NCBI GenBank assembly: GCA_963667015.2
Contig: CAXXJJ010000004.1
Coordinates: forward strand, 800,001 to 864,000
Length of the DNA stretch: 64,000 nucleotides
Origin: Desulfatiglandales bacterium
GTDB taxonomy: Bacteria > Desulfobacterota > DSM-4660 > Desulfatiglandales > HGW-15
Direction of reading: 5' to 3'
Shown here: positions 30,519-39,870 of the stretch, one piece after another
Layout: each line of letters begins with the position of its first letter
Numbering within the stretch: the first letter of the stretch is position 1
The notes under the pieces: model-generated
What the model was told of the DNA's origin: nothing
The model's input: the letters and a program-made list of their open reading frames with translations, nothing else
Database searches by the model: none
Translations under genes and position numbers: made by a program

Positions 30519-31756
30519 TTTGTGTCTCCCTTATGTCTAATAAATAGTCTTTGGTATGCAGACTGAATAATTCTACCTTTTTTATTAATGAAATAGTTTT
30601 TCTTACCATCATTACCTAATAAGTTAGCATTTTCGTTTGTTTTACCACCAGAAGAACCAGTTTTCTGACCATTTTGTTTGACTTCCCAATAATCATCATA
30701 CTTTTTTGTATCAGGTACTTCATCGTGACATCCACGTTGTGTAGCACCTAATATTTCAAATTGATCGGGGTTGTATTTGTCTAAAAAGGTGATTGGCACA
30801 CCCATCACGCCATCATAATCGTTGGGGATAGCATCGACATAAGGAACTTCAATTGCATCGTAATTATCATATTTTTGATATTTTGTCCCTTTGACATTCT
30901 TATGGGAGCTAAACTTAATATTATCACTCATGGTCATTAGTGGCAATGGCTGGTGTCTTTTGCCATGGTCAATATTAGTAAACCAAAGACAGTTATTAGT
31001 AGCAACTATTCGATTCCCTTCCTCATCAATTCGAGCTTCCGTTCCATACAACTCATATGACTCAGGGACAATAAAACCAGAGATCCACCGACCCATTCCA
31101 GTACCGAGCCAGATTTTGTTATCTTTAATTAAAGGAAAAATTTCTTTATATGTAATGGCATTAATATTGCCGATGATTAAGAATTTTTTATCATAATCAA
31201 TAAGTTGTTTAAAATACGAACGAAACAGGCTAAAAGGCGGATTTGTTATTACAAAGTCGGATTGTTTTAATAAAGATATGGATTCGTCACTGCGAAAATC
31301 GCCATCGCCGTCTAATGGTGTCCATTCATTGTTTTTGTTGTTCTTTAGCTGTAATGCCACATCTTTCAAACTAAATTCACCATCGCCATCTATGTCTCCA
31401 ACTTCATTAATAATAAATTTGTTGGCAGTTATCTTAGGTCGGCCTTTTAATTTTGGAAGAGTCTTGTCATCACCAAACAATTTTAATTGCGTATTGGCAA
31501 TAGGCGAAGGTTTGTAACTGGTGGTAATAAGTCGTTTCAATCCAATTCTTTCAAAGTTCAATACGAAATAACGAAAAAAATTGCTCTCGAATGGGTCATC
31601 ACAATTACAATACACAACTCTATCTCGAAAGACATCAGGATTATATTCTAAATACTTTTCAATTTCTTTCTGGATATCACTATATTGCGTATAGAATTCA
31701 TCACTTTTTGATTTTTTAGCTTTATGTAATAATTTGTTTGTTGCATTTCTTGCCAT
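30515..31756 (-). CDS. Adenine-specific methyltransferase, EcoRI family
   Basis: DEFYTQ, VYCNCDDPFESNF, GDFRS, TNPPFSLFR, MGVPITFLDKYNPDQFEILG. Confidence 0.92.
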   Translation of the reverse strand: MARNATNKLLHKAKKSKSDEFYTQYSDIQKEIEKYLEYNPDVFRDRVVYCNCDDPFESNFFRYFVLNFERIGLKRLITTSYKPSPIANTQLKLFGDDKTLPKLKGRPKITANKFIINEVGDIDGDGEFSLKDVALQLKNNKNNEWTPLDGDGDFRSDESISLLKQSDFVITNPPFSLFRSYFKQLIDYDKKFLIIGNINAITYKEIFPLIKDNKIWLGTGMGRWISGFIVPESYELYGTEARIDEEGNRIVATNNCLWFTNIDHGKRHQPLPLMTMSDNIKFSSHKNVKGTKYQKYDNYDAIEVPYVDAIPNDYDGVMGVPITFLDKYNPDQFEILGATQRGCHDEVPDTKKYDDYWEVKQNGQKTGSSGGKTNENANLLGNDGKKNYFINKKGRIIQSAYQRLFIRHKGDTK

Positions 31757-31775
31757 GCTTAATTCCAATTTTCAT

Positions 31776-31837
31776 GTTTAACAAGTTATTCTAAAAGAAC
31801 CTAATATTTTCACATTTTGAATGTTATATAGAAAGAT
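31776..31837 (-). promoter_or_regulatory. Cassette core site plus conserved upstream motif (attI-like platform, copy 2)
   Basis: + strand GTTTAAC AAGTTATTC-N24-TTTGAATGTTATATAGAAAGAT. Confidence 0.55.
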
Positions 31838-31860
31838 CGTTAATTAAAAATGAGATAAGT

Positions 31861-32091
31861 AAACTTTATTTGCCATAGATAAGGGTTATATTCAAGTAAA
31901 GATTGCCCAATAAGCCGTAATTTCACATAATTTATAATTACGTATATCTGCTACTGATACCAACTTCCCATATTTTTAAAATATATTATGAATATTAGAG
32001 GTTTAGTGTGCTTCCCAATCGATATTTTGCTTTTTTTACTTCCCACTCAAAACCTTTATAACACCCCATCTGTAAATCCTGATATCCCATA
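31861..32091. repeat. About 230-bp imperfect direct repeat, copy 1 (includes duplicated 3' end of HTH gene)
   Basis: Aligns with 34131..34353; 49 bp identical (32038-32086 = 34300-34348). Confidence 0.9.
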
Positions 32092-32133
32092 AATGATATG
32101 ACTTATAAGATTATACGGTGTCTACTACCCGGC

Positions 32134-32230
32134 TTGACAAAAGCGCTTTTTTTTTAGAAAATTATTATTCCTTTTTAAAGGTTTCATAGTGAAAGGCTGG
32201 GAGATTGTCTCTCGGCCTTTCGCTTTTATT
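32134..32230 (+). ncRNA. Putative small RNA unit 3
   Basis: TTGACA with weak -10; CCTTT/AAAGG hairpin; GAAAGGCTGGGAGA...TCTCTCGGCCTTTC then GCTTTT. Confidence 0.45.
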
Positions 32231-32388
32231 TATGATTACTGCTGCATTTTCGTTTTTCTCGCATTTCAAAAAAACAACTAAGTAAACATGTTCAATTGGA
32301 TCATGAAATCTGCACTTTTGATTATTAATCGAAGTCTATACTTTTGCGAGGATAAAAATTGTTTTGACTTATAGCAGTAGTCTAAACT

Positions 32389-32450
32389 CTGTAACACATC
32401 ACCGTTAAAAAATGCGCCAGCGTTTTTCCGCGTGCATGCGATTGTTAGGC
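32389..32450 (-). other. attC-like site closing cassette C
   Basis: Minus: GCCTAAC-AATCG-CATGCAC-GCGGAAAAACGC..GCGCATTTTT..GGTGATG-T-GTT; complementary core GTTAGGC at 33864-33858. Confidence 0.7.
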
Positions 32451-32490
32451 TATTGAATAAAGAAGATGCCAAAATATATTCAGAACTATC

Positions 32491-33816
32491 CTAATATTTG
32501 CTCTCTTGAAGTAAAGACAAAAGCTTGTTTTCTTCATTTGAGAAATTATCTCCAAAGACTTTTTCTAAGAGCAGGTTTAGGTCTTTAATTTGTTTTGCCT
32601 CTTTTGAAAGGTTCTTTAACAGCAGATATTTACGTTTTTTAAAAAAGGTTACGAGACTAGATAGTCCTACGCCTGCAATTTTAGAGAAATTTATTCCCTC
32701 TGATAGTTTGTCCTCAAGGAAAGAATATTTCATATCTGCAGTTGATATTAAATCTATCGATGAGTTTAATTTGAATTCATTCCCGAAAATCTTTTCCATT
32801 TCAGTCAGTCGCTTTTGAATCTTATCAATTCTTGATTCACACAAATCCTCTGACATTTCAATCATTAGGGATCGATATCTTCGAGCAGCTTTTGTATTTC
32901 TTAATAAAATTGCTTCCTCAACTATTTGTTTTGGTGTATCAACTCGATTTAAAATAGTGCTTAATATAATAGGAATTCTATAAGTAATCTCAGGTAGATC
33001 AATAAAATCAGCGATCGTCTTTCTTAAGTCTTGATCCTTCTTTTCCAAATGTCTGAGAATTTTCTCTCCCATTGAAATTGAGACGGATCTTGATTGATGA
33101 GCCATTTCCCTAAAAAATGGTGTTCGCAAAGAATCTGGTTTGTAATTCAGGTTCAATATATTAGAGACCAACATATAATACCTCATTCTTGTTAACAGAG
33201 TGTCAGCATAAAAAGAGGCCTCTGTACCTGGTTTTAGTTTTTGTTCATCTTCATGATCATCATATAAATCATAGGGTGACGGTGTGTCATCAACGGCTGC
33301 TCTATCAAGAGGATCGAAATCAATTTGGTCATCTTTGTCCCAATCTTCACCTCTCCTGATTTCACCCTCATGAAGATAAAATGCAGTGTAACTTTCTATG
33401 TCATTGATTTTATTGGGGCGCTTTTTGGCATAACCGACTTGAGCGGGATCGCAAATCAAATCGATAGGAAATGGAAAGGTCATCCAAATATCTTTACCAA
33501 TTCCCGGGTATATTGTTCCCATATCACGGATCATATGATCTAAGCGATAGCCTGGTTCAAGGTCAACAATTTGACTTATTTCATTTGGTAGCATTGATAT
33601 GCATTCGGAAAATACATCGGTAGCTTGCCCTTTGGGAGGCGGTAAAAACAAAAGCTTTTCGTGAAGAACGATACTCTCAACAATGAGCGCAAGATCGAAA
33701 ACACGGTGAGGTGTTATTTTTTTGCCGTTAATGAGATCAATGCCCCAAACTAAGGAGGTCGCATCATGAAGAATCGCAGAATTGCTGTCATTGCCTTTTA
33801 TTAGAGAATTTTTCAT
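32491..33816 (-). CDS. Hypothetical 441-aa protein in a gene cassette (cassette C); possible defence protein
   Basis: Long AT-rich ORF; LHDATSL..LIVESIVLHEKL..YKPDSLR..AILLRNT motifs; family not recognised with certainty. Confidence 0.75.
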   Translation of the reverse strand: MKNSLIKGNDSNSAILHDATSLVWGIDLINGKKITPHRVFDLALIVESIVLHEKLLFLPPPKGQATDVFSECISMLPNEISQIVDLEPGYRLDHMIRDMGTIYPGIGKDIWMTFPFPIDLICDPAQVGYAKKRPNKINDIESYTAFYLHEGEIRRGEDWDKDDQIDFDPLDRAAVDDTPSPYDLYDDHEDEQKLKPGTEASFYADTLLTRMRYYMLVSNILNLNYKPDSLRTPFFREMAHQSRSVSISMGEKILRHLEKKDQDLRKTIADFIDLPEITYRIPIILSTILNRVDTPKQIVEEAILLRNTKAARRYRSLMIEMSEDLCESRIDKIQKRLTEMEKIFGNEFKLNSSIDLISTADMKYSFLEDKLSEGINFSKIAGVGLSSLVTFFKKRKYLLLKNLSKEAKQIKDLNLLLEKVFGDNFSNEENKLLSLLQESKY

Positions 33817-34130
33817 ACCCGCCTATAATGGTTTTTCGTAGGAATTAGAAATCAACCGCCTAACATTAATAATCAATTCGTTGCGAATTAATTACTGGTT
33901 TTCGTGATTTTACTATTGATAAGACTTTTGCATCGTAAATTTGACTCAATGGAAAGACTCTTAATTCAATATCATATCTTGCTAAATATTCAATATAATT
34001 TTGAATAGTGCAGGTTTTATACAAATATCCCCTATACTCAAAATGCGAATATTTGTGCCATATCGGTATATTTATTCGCAGCGAATTAATTTCTTAACTT
34101 AAAATTGAAAGGTGATAGTTGAAGAGTTCA

Positions 34131-34353
34131 AAACTTTAGCTTGCCATAGTCATGACTTTTATTCAAGCAAAGATTACCCCAATAAGTCCTAAGCTTGAAT
34201 TACAGATCACTGCTATTAATACCAACTTTCCTTATTTTTAAGATATGTTATGAATATCACAGGTTTAGTGTGCTCCTCAATCAATATATTCCTTTTTTCA
34301 CTTCCCACTCAAAACCTTTATAACACCCCATCTGTAAATCCTGATATCTCCAT
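34131..34353. repeat. About 230-bp imperfect direct repeat, copy 2
   Basis: See 31861..32091. Confidence 0.9.
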
Positions 34354-34558
34354 AAGGAAGTTTAAACCACGCATCGTAAGGGATAGGCATATCCTCATCA
34401 GGGCGGCGTGAAAGATATTTTTTTAATGTCTGCTTATTAACACCCAGCATATCCGACGCTTCCGAAATAGTAAGAATGGTTTTAACATCAGCGGATGCAA
34501 GGTCCGCCTCTACGCTTTCCGACTTCTGACCTCTGTCTTCTGACTTCTGTCTTTTCAT
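34298..34558 (-). CDS. Excisionase-like HTH DNA-binding protein
   Basis: LTISEASDMLGVNKQTLKKY..GDIRI; coupled to TerL stop. Confidence 0.75.
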   Translation of the reverse strand: MKRQKSEDRGQKSESVEADLASADVKTILTISEASDMLGVNKQTLKKYLSRRPDEDMPIPYDAWFKLPYGDIRIYRWGVIKVLSGK

Positions 34559-36621
34559 CCCCTGCTCATAAAATTAGATTTAGCAACACCGCCCGGCCTC
34601 TGACTTCGCACCTCCGGCCTCTGCCTTGCCTGCTTAACCTGATATTTAACACCCAGTATTTCCGCAGCCAGAATGTTAAGCACCGAACAATCCCAGCCAT
34701 GATTTGCCGCATTGCTTGTGACCTTAACCCACTGTTGACTCTTTTCGTCAACCACTTCAGAACATAACTGTCGCGCCCATTCTTTGGTAGTTTCGTTATG
34801 CAAAAACCAGGCATATGGATCAGCAATGTTAGTGCTCAGTTTTCCATCTAAAATATCCTTGTAAAATTTATTATTGAACCTGTACAACCTCACTCCACCA
34901 GGTATCTTGGTTTTTGTACCGGGATAGTATTCCAGGTCGGAAAAAGAATGAGGTTGACTCATACGGGTACTGTCCACCCCTTGTGTCGGATAAATTCTGT
35001 AACGATGCTTGATACAAAAATTATATACTTCACTGGTTCTGCGCCCCATCGCATCCTGCAATGCCAGTAATACAAAGTATTCTTTACCTTCCGAATCATA
35101 ATACTTAGTATTCCACAATATTTGTTCAAGCGCGGCAAAGCCTCCAGGCATAACTTCCTGACCGGGAACCAGCGTACTTTTATCAATATCAGTGGCACCG
35201 GCTATAAAACCTTCGCGTATCTGCCAGCTCTCAGGTAAAAGCTTATCGGTATTGCCCCAACCCCATGCCCTGATCTCGTATGCAAACCATCCCCGGTCAT
35301 CAAGCCCGTGTGTATCTATCCCTGCAGTAAGGCAGCATACTTTATCGCCACCGGGAACGATCCCCCGCGGCCTGTCATCACGCAGCTTTAAAATCACATC
35401 TTCCTGCCGCTCCTGGGTAAAGTCGGTCCAGGGTTTAGCCGCGTGGGAATTGTTAAAATCTTTTAATTTGATTTTGTTTTTAATTGATGCAAGAAATGCA
35501 GCCGCAACCTCTTTTAATTTTACAAACCGGCTCAGCCATGAAGGAATATGAAAACCTATCTTGCGGGGTTTGTGTTTGTCGAGGTATTCAAACATTTCCA
35601 TACCAACCTGCCCCGGCGTAGATCCCGAAGCCTGGGCGTCAATATATTCCTTTTCTCCGTCCGGGCTCTTTTTCATTGCCCGCCATTTTCCCCACCTTAC
35701 GGCAGCGTTCCGTTTTGCTTCACCCCAGCATGATCCGCAATGCGGGCATACATAATGCACCTGGTTTTTGCTGTCCAGCACAAGGGCTGGGTCACGCATG
35801 TCCTCGGGCCATTTTATCTGTTCAAACACCATGGGCTGCTCGTGGCCGCAGTCCGGACAAACAACATGATATTCGAAAACAATATTGCAGTCGTTGAGCT
35901 CAACCCATATGGCACCGGTATCAATGGTGGGCGTGGATGAAATCCACATCTTGCGGCCATAATTGTAAGTCCTGAACCTCTTGCGCAGTTTATCGAGGGG
36001 CGCACCCTCTTTTTTTCCTGCAGTATCAGGGAATTTATCAACCTCATCGGCAATGATGTATTTAATGGACTTGTTTGCAAGCTTTGTCGGAGATCCCGCC
36101 CAGGTGGCATAAATGGGCATATGGGTAAGATTGATACGGCTCTTTGATTCATCATCCCTTGATCCTGTAAGGTATGTTTTTAGCCGTGGAGAATCCCGGA
36201 ACATAGGCAAAAGCCTGTCTTTTATATTATCCTTTGTCGTATCCTCATCAGGATAGGTATATGCCACAGGACCGGGCATTCTGTCCGCCATGTATCCTAT
36301 CAGCGTTTCCATTATAAACGACTTGGATACCTGGTCTGCACAGCATAAAACAATCTCCTCAACAGCATTATGAACCGAGGCATCCATTATGCCATTGGCA
36401 TATGGCACAGTCTCTTTTTTGTACCTGGTACCCGCCAAAGGTCCCACTGTAATAGGTCGGTGCTGCGGTGCCCATTCTGAAGGCGGTATTTTTTTTCGCT
36501 TACGTGCGACCTTTTTAACCGGCCTGGGCACAGTAAAAAGCGTCTGTTTGCCTTTAACTTCCTGCCACAATGCCAAAGGCATCCAAAGAGGCTTATGTGC
36601 TATTTTTATGGGGGCAATCAA
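34555..36621 (-). CDS. Terminase large subunit (lambda gpA family)
   Basis: ADEVDKFP, SSTPT, CPDC/CPHC, GFHIPSW, LTAGID, NHGWDC. Confidence 0.95.
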   Translation of the reverse strand: MIAPIKIAHKPLWMPLALWQEVKGKQTLFTVPRPVKKVARKRKKIPPSEWAPQHRPITVGPLAGTRYKKETVPYANGIMDASVHNAVEEIVLCCADQVSKSFIMETLIGYMADRMPGPVAYTYPDEDTTKDNIKDRLLPMFRDSPRLKTYLTGSRDDESKSRINLTHMPIYATWAGSPTKLANKSIKYIIADEVDKFPDTAGKKEGAPLDKLRKRFRTYNYGRKMWISSTPTIDTGAIWVELNDCNIVFEYHVVCPDCGHEQPMVFEQIKWPEDMRDPALVLDSKNQVHYVCPHCGSCWGEAKRNAAVRWGKWRAMKKSPDGEKEYIDAQASGSTPGQVGMEMFEYLDKHKPRKIGFHIPSWLSRFVKLKEVAAAFLASIKNKIKLKDFNNSHAAKPWTDFTQERQEDVILKLRDDRPRGIVPGGDKVCCLTAGIDTHGLDDRGWFAYEIRAWGWGNTDKLLPESWQIREGFIAGATDIDKSTLVPGQEVMPGGFAALEQILWNTKYYDSEGKEYFVLLALQDAMGRRTSEVYNFCIKHRYRIYPTQGVDSTRMSQPHSFSDLEYYPGTKTKIPGGVRLYRFNNKFYKDILDGKLSTNIADPYAWFLHNETTKEWARQLCSEVVDEKSQQWVKVTSNAANHGWDCSVLNILAAEILGVKYQVKQARQRPEVRSQRPGGVAKSNFMSRG

Positions 36622-36784
36622 TTTTTATAATCAAGGTAGGAAATAAAACTATAGTTTACACGATAAGAAAAATAAATTTTATTGCGACTTCAAAATCTAT
36701 TTAGAAATTCCGCTCAATATTTTAGAAATTGTGATTTATAGCAGTAAGTGAAAATTAATAAAAAACAAGTCTTACCTGTTTTTA

Positions 36785-39607
36785 TCACTTCTTCAAATCT
36801 TCAAGCCAGCCTTGAATTAATTCGATTTTATCATTGGCTCCAATCGCCTTGAACAACTGCAGGCACATCATCCAAGCTTTCTCAGCCTTGTCCAGATCCC
36901 CTCGGATCCGGTAGACAATGCCCATGTTGCAGTAATTGTAAGCCATCCCTTCCCTGCGGCCCAGTTCCTCACTGAGAGCCAGGGACTTCCCGCACATCTC
37001 CAGAGCCTTGTCCAGATCCCCTCGGATCCGGTAGACAGTGCCCATGTTGCCGTACTGACTGGCCATCCCTTCCCTGCGGCCCAGTTCCTCATTGAGAGCC
37101 AGGGACTTCCCGTACATCTCCAGAGCCATGTCCAGATCCCCTCGGATCTGGTAGACAATGCCCATGTTGCCGTACTGATTGGCCATCCCTTCCCTGCGGC
37201 CCAGTTCCTCATTGAGAGCCAGGGACTTCCCGTACATCTCCAGAGCCATGTCCAGATCCCCTCGGATCTGGTAGACAATGCCCATGTTGCCGTACTGATT
37301 GGCCATCCCTTCCCTGCGGCCCAGTTCCTCATTGAGAGCCAGGGACTTCCCGTACATCTCCAGAGCCATGTCCAGATCCCCTCGGATCTGGTAGACAATG
37401 CCCATGTTGCCGTAATTGGAAGCCATCCCTTCCCTGCGGCCCAGTTCCTTTTCTATCGCCAGGGACTTCCCGTACATCTCCAGAGCCTTGTCCAGATCCC
37501 CTCGGATCCGGTAGACAATGCCCATGTTGCCGTACTGATTGGCCATCCCTTCCCTGCTGCCCAGTTCCTCATTGATAGCCAGGGACTTCCCGTACATCTC
37601 CAGAGCCTTGTCCAGATCCCCTCGGATCTGGTAGACATTGCCCATGTTGCCGTACTGATTGGCCATCCCTTCCCTGCTGCCCAGTTCCTCATTGATAGCC
37701 AGGGACTTCCCGTACATCTCCAGAGCCATGTCCAGATCCCCTCGGATCTGGTAGACAATGCCCATGTTGCCGTAATTGGAAGCCATCCCTTCCCTGCGGC
37801 CCAGTTCCTCACTGAGAGCCAGGGACTTCCCGCACATCTCCAGAGCCTTGTCCAGATCCCCTCGGATCTGGTAGACATTGCCCATGTTGCCGTACTGATT
37901 GGCCATCCCTTCCCTGCTGCCCAGTTCCTCATTGATAGCCAGGGACTTCCCGTACATCTCCAGAGCCTTGTCCAGATCCCCTCGGATCTGGTAGACATTG
38001 CCCATGTTGCCGTAATTGGAAGCCATCCCTTCCCTGCGGCCCAGTTCCTTTTCTATCGCCAGGGACTTCCCGTACATCTCCAGAGCCTTGTCCAGATCCC
38101 CTCGGGTCTGGTAGACAATGCCCATGTTGCCGTACTGATTGGCCATCCCTTCCCTGCGGCCCAGTTCCTCATTGAGAGCCAGAGCTATATGATTGTCAGA
38201 CATAAAGGAATCCAACAACCCGTATCTTAATTTTATTGAACCAAGCTGCGACACCTTATTGAGAAAATCATTAAATTCACCTATGTTAAATAAAAAAACA
38301 GGGAGGAAGACGAGTGCATCCCTGTCAATTTTCCCTCCAGATAAGTCATCACCAAGGATTTCTTTATAATGAGACAGTATACTGCTTAAAATTTCATGTT
38401 TAAGTTCTTTGAATTTTTTGATTTCTCCAGTTACGAAATCTTTTGCAGTAGTGTGTTTCGGGTAGGGGCATTCTGGCGAAACGCTATCTGACAGGGTGTC
38501 TTCATAGGTCACGCTATGAAGGAGCCCCCATACTGTTTGATCGTGCAATGCGGCTTTAATGGATGAAGCTGTAAGTCCTGTGAACCGAGTTAGTCTATCA
38601 AGGGAGTATGGATGAGGAAGGAGGCATACTGTTTGAACCAGCTTTAATACATTTCCATCTTTAATTTCTTCGTACCTTTGTTTCCAGAAACCATCAATGT
38701 CAGGAGGTAAAGAGTTCACATGGTCAATATTAATATCACCTTTGAAGTTTAAAAGTTGTGATATAGCCAAGTCAAGGAGAAGTGGCCATCCTTTGAACTT
38801 GGATAACAAAACTTCGCGTATATCGTGGTATAATATTCCTTTTTTGTCATAGGCATTTATGAAATCAATTTCTTCATCATCGGTGAGAAGATCGAGTTTT
38901 ATTGGAATACTGCAGATGTTTCTTAAGTCCTTATTCTCATATGCCTGGATTATAGAGTCTTCATTTCGCTGGGCGATGATGAAGCGTACCCGGGGTGGTA
39001 TTTCCCTGGCTGCGATATGCCTGAGAAGGGGGATAATATCTTCTGGACTTTCTTTTTCAGGGTCTAAGAAAATGATGATACGCTTAGCCCCGCCCATTGT
39101 TTTATCAAGCTCATCCAGCTCGTAATGGAACAATTGTGCAAGATTGGAGGGGGAAGATCCGCTTGCTTTATGACGGTTACGGATATCAACCAACGTAGTG
39201 GCTAATCCGGTTGCGCCAGTGGCGAGGGCTGCTGTCGCACCTCCAGTCGTTACACTGGCGGCAATAGCAAATCCGGTAAGGGTTGTTTTCAACCAGTCAC
39301 TACCACTCCCTATCTCCAGCGAGGGTTTTGCCTTTATTTGAGCAATAACAGGATAGATTTGTTCGGAAAACTCTGTTTGTCTTTTATCGATTTCACCAAG
39401 TGCTACCACATGACCTTGGGCGAATGCTTTTTTTGCCATGGCCTGAAGCAGTGAGGTTTTGCCCATACCTTGGTCACCTACAATAAGCAGGACCTGACCT
39501 TCGAGGTCTGAACTTGAGGTATTGATAAATTCTTCGAACTTTTTAAGATACTTTTTGCGACCAATAAATATTTTATTATCTTTCATTTTGTGGTCCGGAT
39601 CTGACAT
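36785..39607 (-). CDS. P-loop NTPase (STAND/AAA_16-like) with C-terminal TPR array
   Basis: FIGRKKYL, Walker A GDQGMGKT, IIIFLD, GWPLLL; about 11 40-aa TPR units. Confidence 0.88.
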   Translation of the reverse strand: MSDPDHKMKDNKIFIGRKKYLKKFEEFINTSSSDLEGQVLLIVGDQGMGKTSLLQAMAKKAFAQGHVVALGEIDKRQTEFSEQIYPVIAQIKAKPSLEIGSGSDWLKTTLTGFAIAASVTTGGATAALATGATGLATTLVDIRNRHKASGSSPSNLAQLFHYELDELDKTMGGAKRIIIFLDPEKESPEDIIPLLRHIAAREIPPRVRFIIAQRNEDSIIQAYENKDLRNICSIPIKLDLLTDDEEIDFINAYDKKGILYHDIREVLLSKFKGWPLLLDLAISQLLNFKGDINIDHVNSLPPDIDGFWKQRYEEIKDGNVLKLVQTVCLLPHPYSLDRLTRFTGLTASSIKAALHDQTVWGLLHSVTYEDTLSDSVSPECPYPKHTTAKDFVTGEIKKFKELKHEILSSILSHYKEILGDDLSGGKIDRDALVFLPVFLFNIGEFNDFLNKVSQLGSIKLRYGLLDSFMSDNHIALALNEELGRREGMANQYGNMGIVYQTRGDLDKALEMYGKSLAIEKELGRREGMASNYGNMGNVYQIRGDLDKALEMYGKSLAINEELGSREGMANQYGNMGNVYQIRGDLDKALEMCGKSLALSEELGRREGMASNYGNMGIVYQIRGDLDMALEMYGKSLAINEELGSREGMANQYGNMGNVYQIRGDLDKALEMYGKSLAINEELGSREGMANQYGNMGIVYRIRGDLDKALEMYGKSLAIEKELGRREGMASNYGNMGIVYQIRGDLDMALEMYGKSLALNEELGRREGMANQYGNMGIVYQIRGDLDMALEMYGKSLALNEELGRREGMANQYGNMGIVYQIRGDLDMALEMYGKSLALNEELGRREGMASQYGNMGTVYRIRGDLDKALEMCGKSLALSEELGRREGMAYNYCNMGIVYRIRGDLDKAEKAWMMCLQLFKAIGANDKIELIQGWLEDLKK
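36884..38182 (-). repeat. About 11 tandem near-identical 120-bp coding repeats (TPR)
   Basis: 120-bp period visible line by line from 36901 to 38101. Confidence 0.97.
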
Positions 39608-39870
39608 GTTTAGCTCTTAGTTGCCGATCCATGAGGGTTCACGTTACTTGCCATAGTCTTAACTCACGCTGAATTTCAGATTATATTTATAAATCTTAAG
39701 TTTTAAGAATCAGAGTATTTAAAATTACTTACATCATCTATGAGTTCCAGCGAACTCAATAATATTTATGATATATTTAAAAGACTAAAGAGAAATGATT
39801 TTTACTGTACAATATGTTCAGACAAGTTTCAATATTGTATTTTTTTTATTACAATGCTTTTTTATAGCCG

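Noticed and set aside
36868..37998. Repetitive alternative-frame ORFs, or the repeat array as a CRISPR
   Set aside because: Products of the 120-bp coding repeat; no unique spacers and no cas genes
34140..39658. 12-bp CTTGCCATAGTC shared by 34140 and 39647, upstream of accessory genes
   Set aside because: Too short to distinguish from chance without a statistical test
36650..39700. NTPase-TPR gene as a fourth integron cassette
   Set aside because: Only imperfect cores upstream (GTTAAGA, GCTAAAC) and no attC-like hairpin downstream
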